A program made the position numbers and the translations under genes. Shown piece by piece: positions 63,705 to 64,000 of a stretch of 64,000 nucleotides of DNA. The stretch comes from Epithemia pelagica. Taxonomy: Eukaryota > Protista > Bacillariophyta. Under the pieces are notes generated by a model, which worked only from the letters and a program-made list of their open reading frames with translations, made no database searches and had not been told where the DNA came from. Location of the stretch: contig OX337233.1 in the NCBI GenBank assembly GCA_946965045.2, positions 2,790,001 through 2,854,000 on the forward strand, written 5' to 3'. The first letter of the stretch is position 1; each line of letters opens with the position of its first letter.

Positions 63705-64000
63705 TCACAAGTTGGTGGACGCAAGAAAGCCAATGTGTGGAACAATGAATTCGGGCAACGGTTGTGTGATGTCCCCGCTACGACTCGAGTTGTGTTGTTG
63801 CTCTTGTAAGAGGCTTTGGATTTGACCTGCCGAAGTGACACCCGTCATGACCAAGGCAGTATGCATCCCCGTATCAATACCAAAGCGAATATCAGTCTCG
63901 AGACGATCCCCCACAAAGAGAGCTCGTGACCATGCAATGCTGGTCTTTTTCTTGTTGTCTTCGTTGGAATTTTGTGCCTCAACCGCCAAGACATGTGCCA
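63705..64000 (-). CDS. C-terminal part of a HAD-IIA phosphatase (phosphoglycolate / p-nitrophenyl phosphatase-like); gene enters from the right edge
   Basis: ALFVGDRLETDIRFG...TALVMTGVT (HAD motif IV). Confidence 0.88.
   Translation of the reverse strand, partial: AHVLAVEAQNSNEDNKKKTSIAWSRALFVGDRLETDIRFGIDTGMHTALVMTGVTSAGQIQSLLQEQQHNSSRSGDITQPLPEFIVPHIGFLASTNL

Overview
Eukaryotic nuclear DNA from a diatom, most likely a raphid pennate species. This rests on two Lhcf/FCP genes, ASAF-type plastid presequences, short GT-AG introns and a CoDi-type Copia element. The window holds about 28 host genes and gene fragments: importin alpha, glutathione reductase, TatD, UVRAG/Atg14-like, Sds22, a LIP-type aquaporin, two ACBP-ankyrin genes, two GT90 genes, a GT31-like gene, a PA-TM-RING ligase and others. 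It also has several decayed genes, local duplications and five transposable elements: one intact Copia LTR element (1802-7862), a Harbinger-type MITE, a 1.8-kb TIR element with a 10-bp TSD, and an inverted pair of 600-bp MITEs. Four observations stand out. (1) The Copia element has no tRNA primer-binding site. Instead the 14 nt after the 5' LTR are exactly complementary to a 14-mer inside the LTR that starts at a predicted initiator +1, which is the geometry of Tf1-style self-priming. (2) The same element carries an extra 219-aa ORF upstream of gag-pol, coupled by an ATGA stop/start overlap. (3) One gene encodes a thylakoid-lumen-targeted precursor made of six 35-aa units with an invariant 25-aa core, possibly a peptide polyprotein. 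(4) One spliced gene fuses PDZ domains, a transmembrane helix and a ferritin-like di-metal domain. I recognised no rRNA, tRNA or CRISPR array. All calls were made by eye without database searches.
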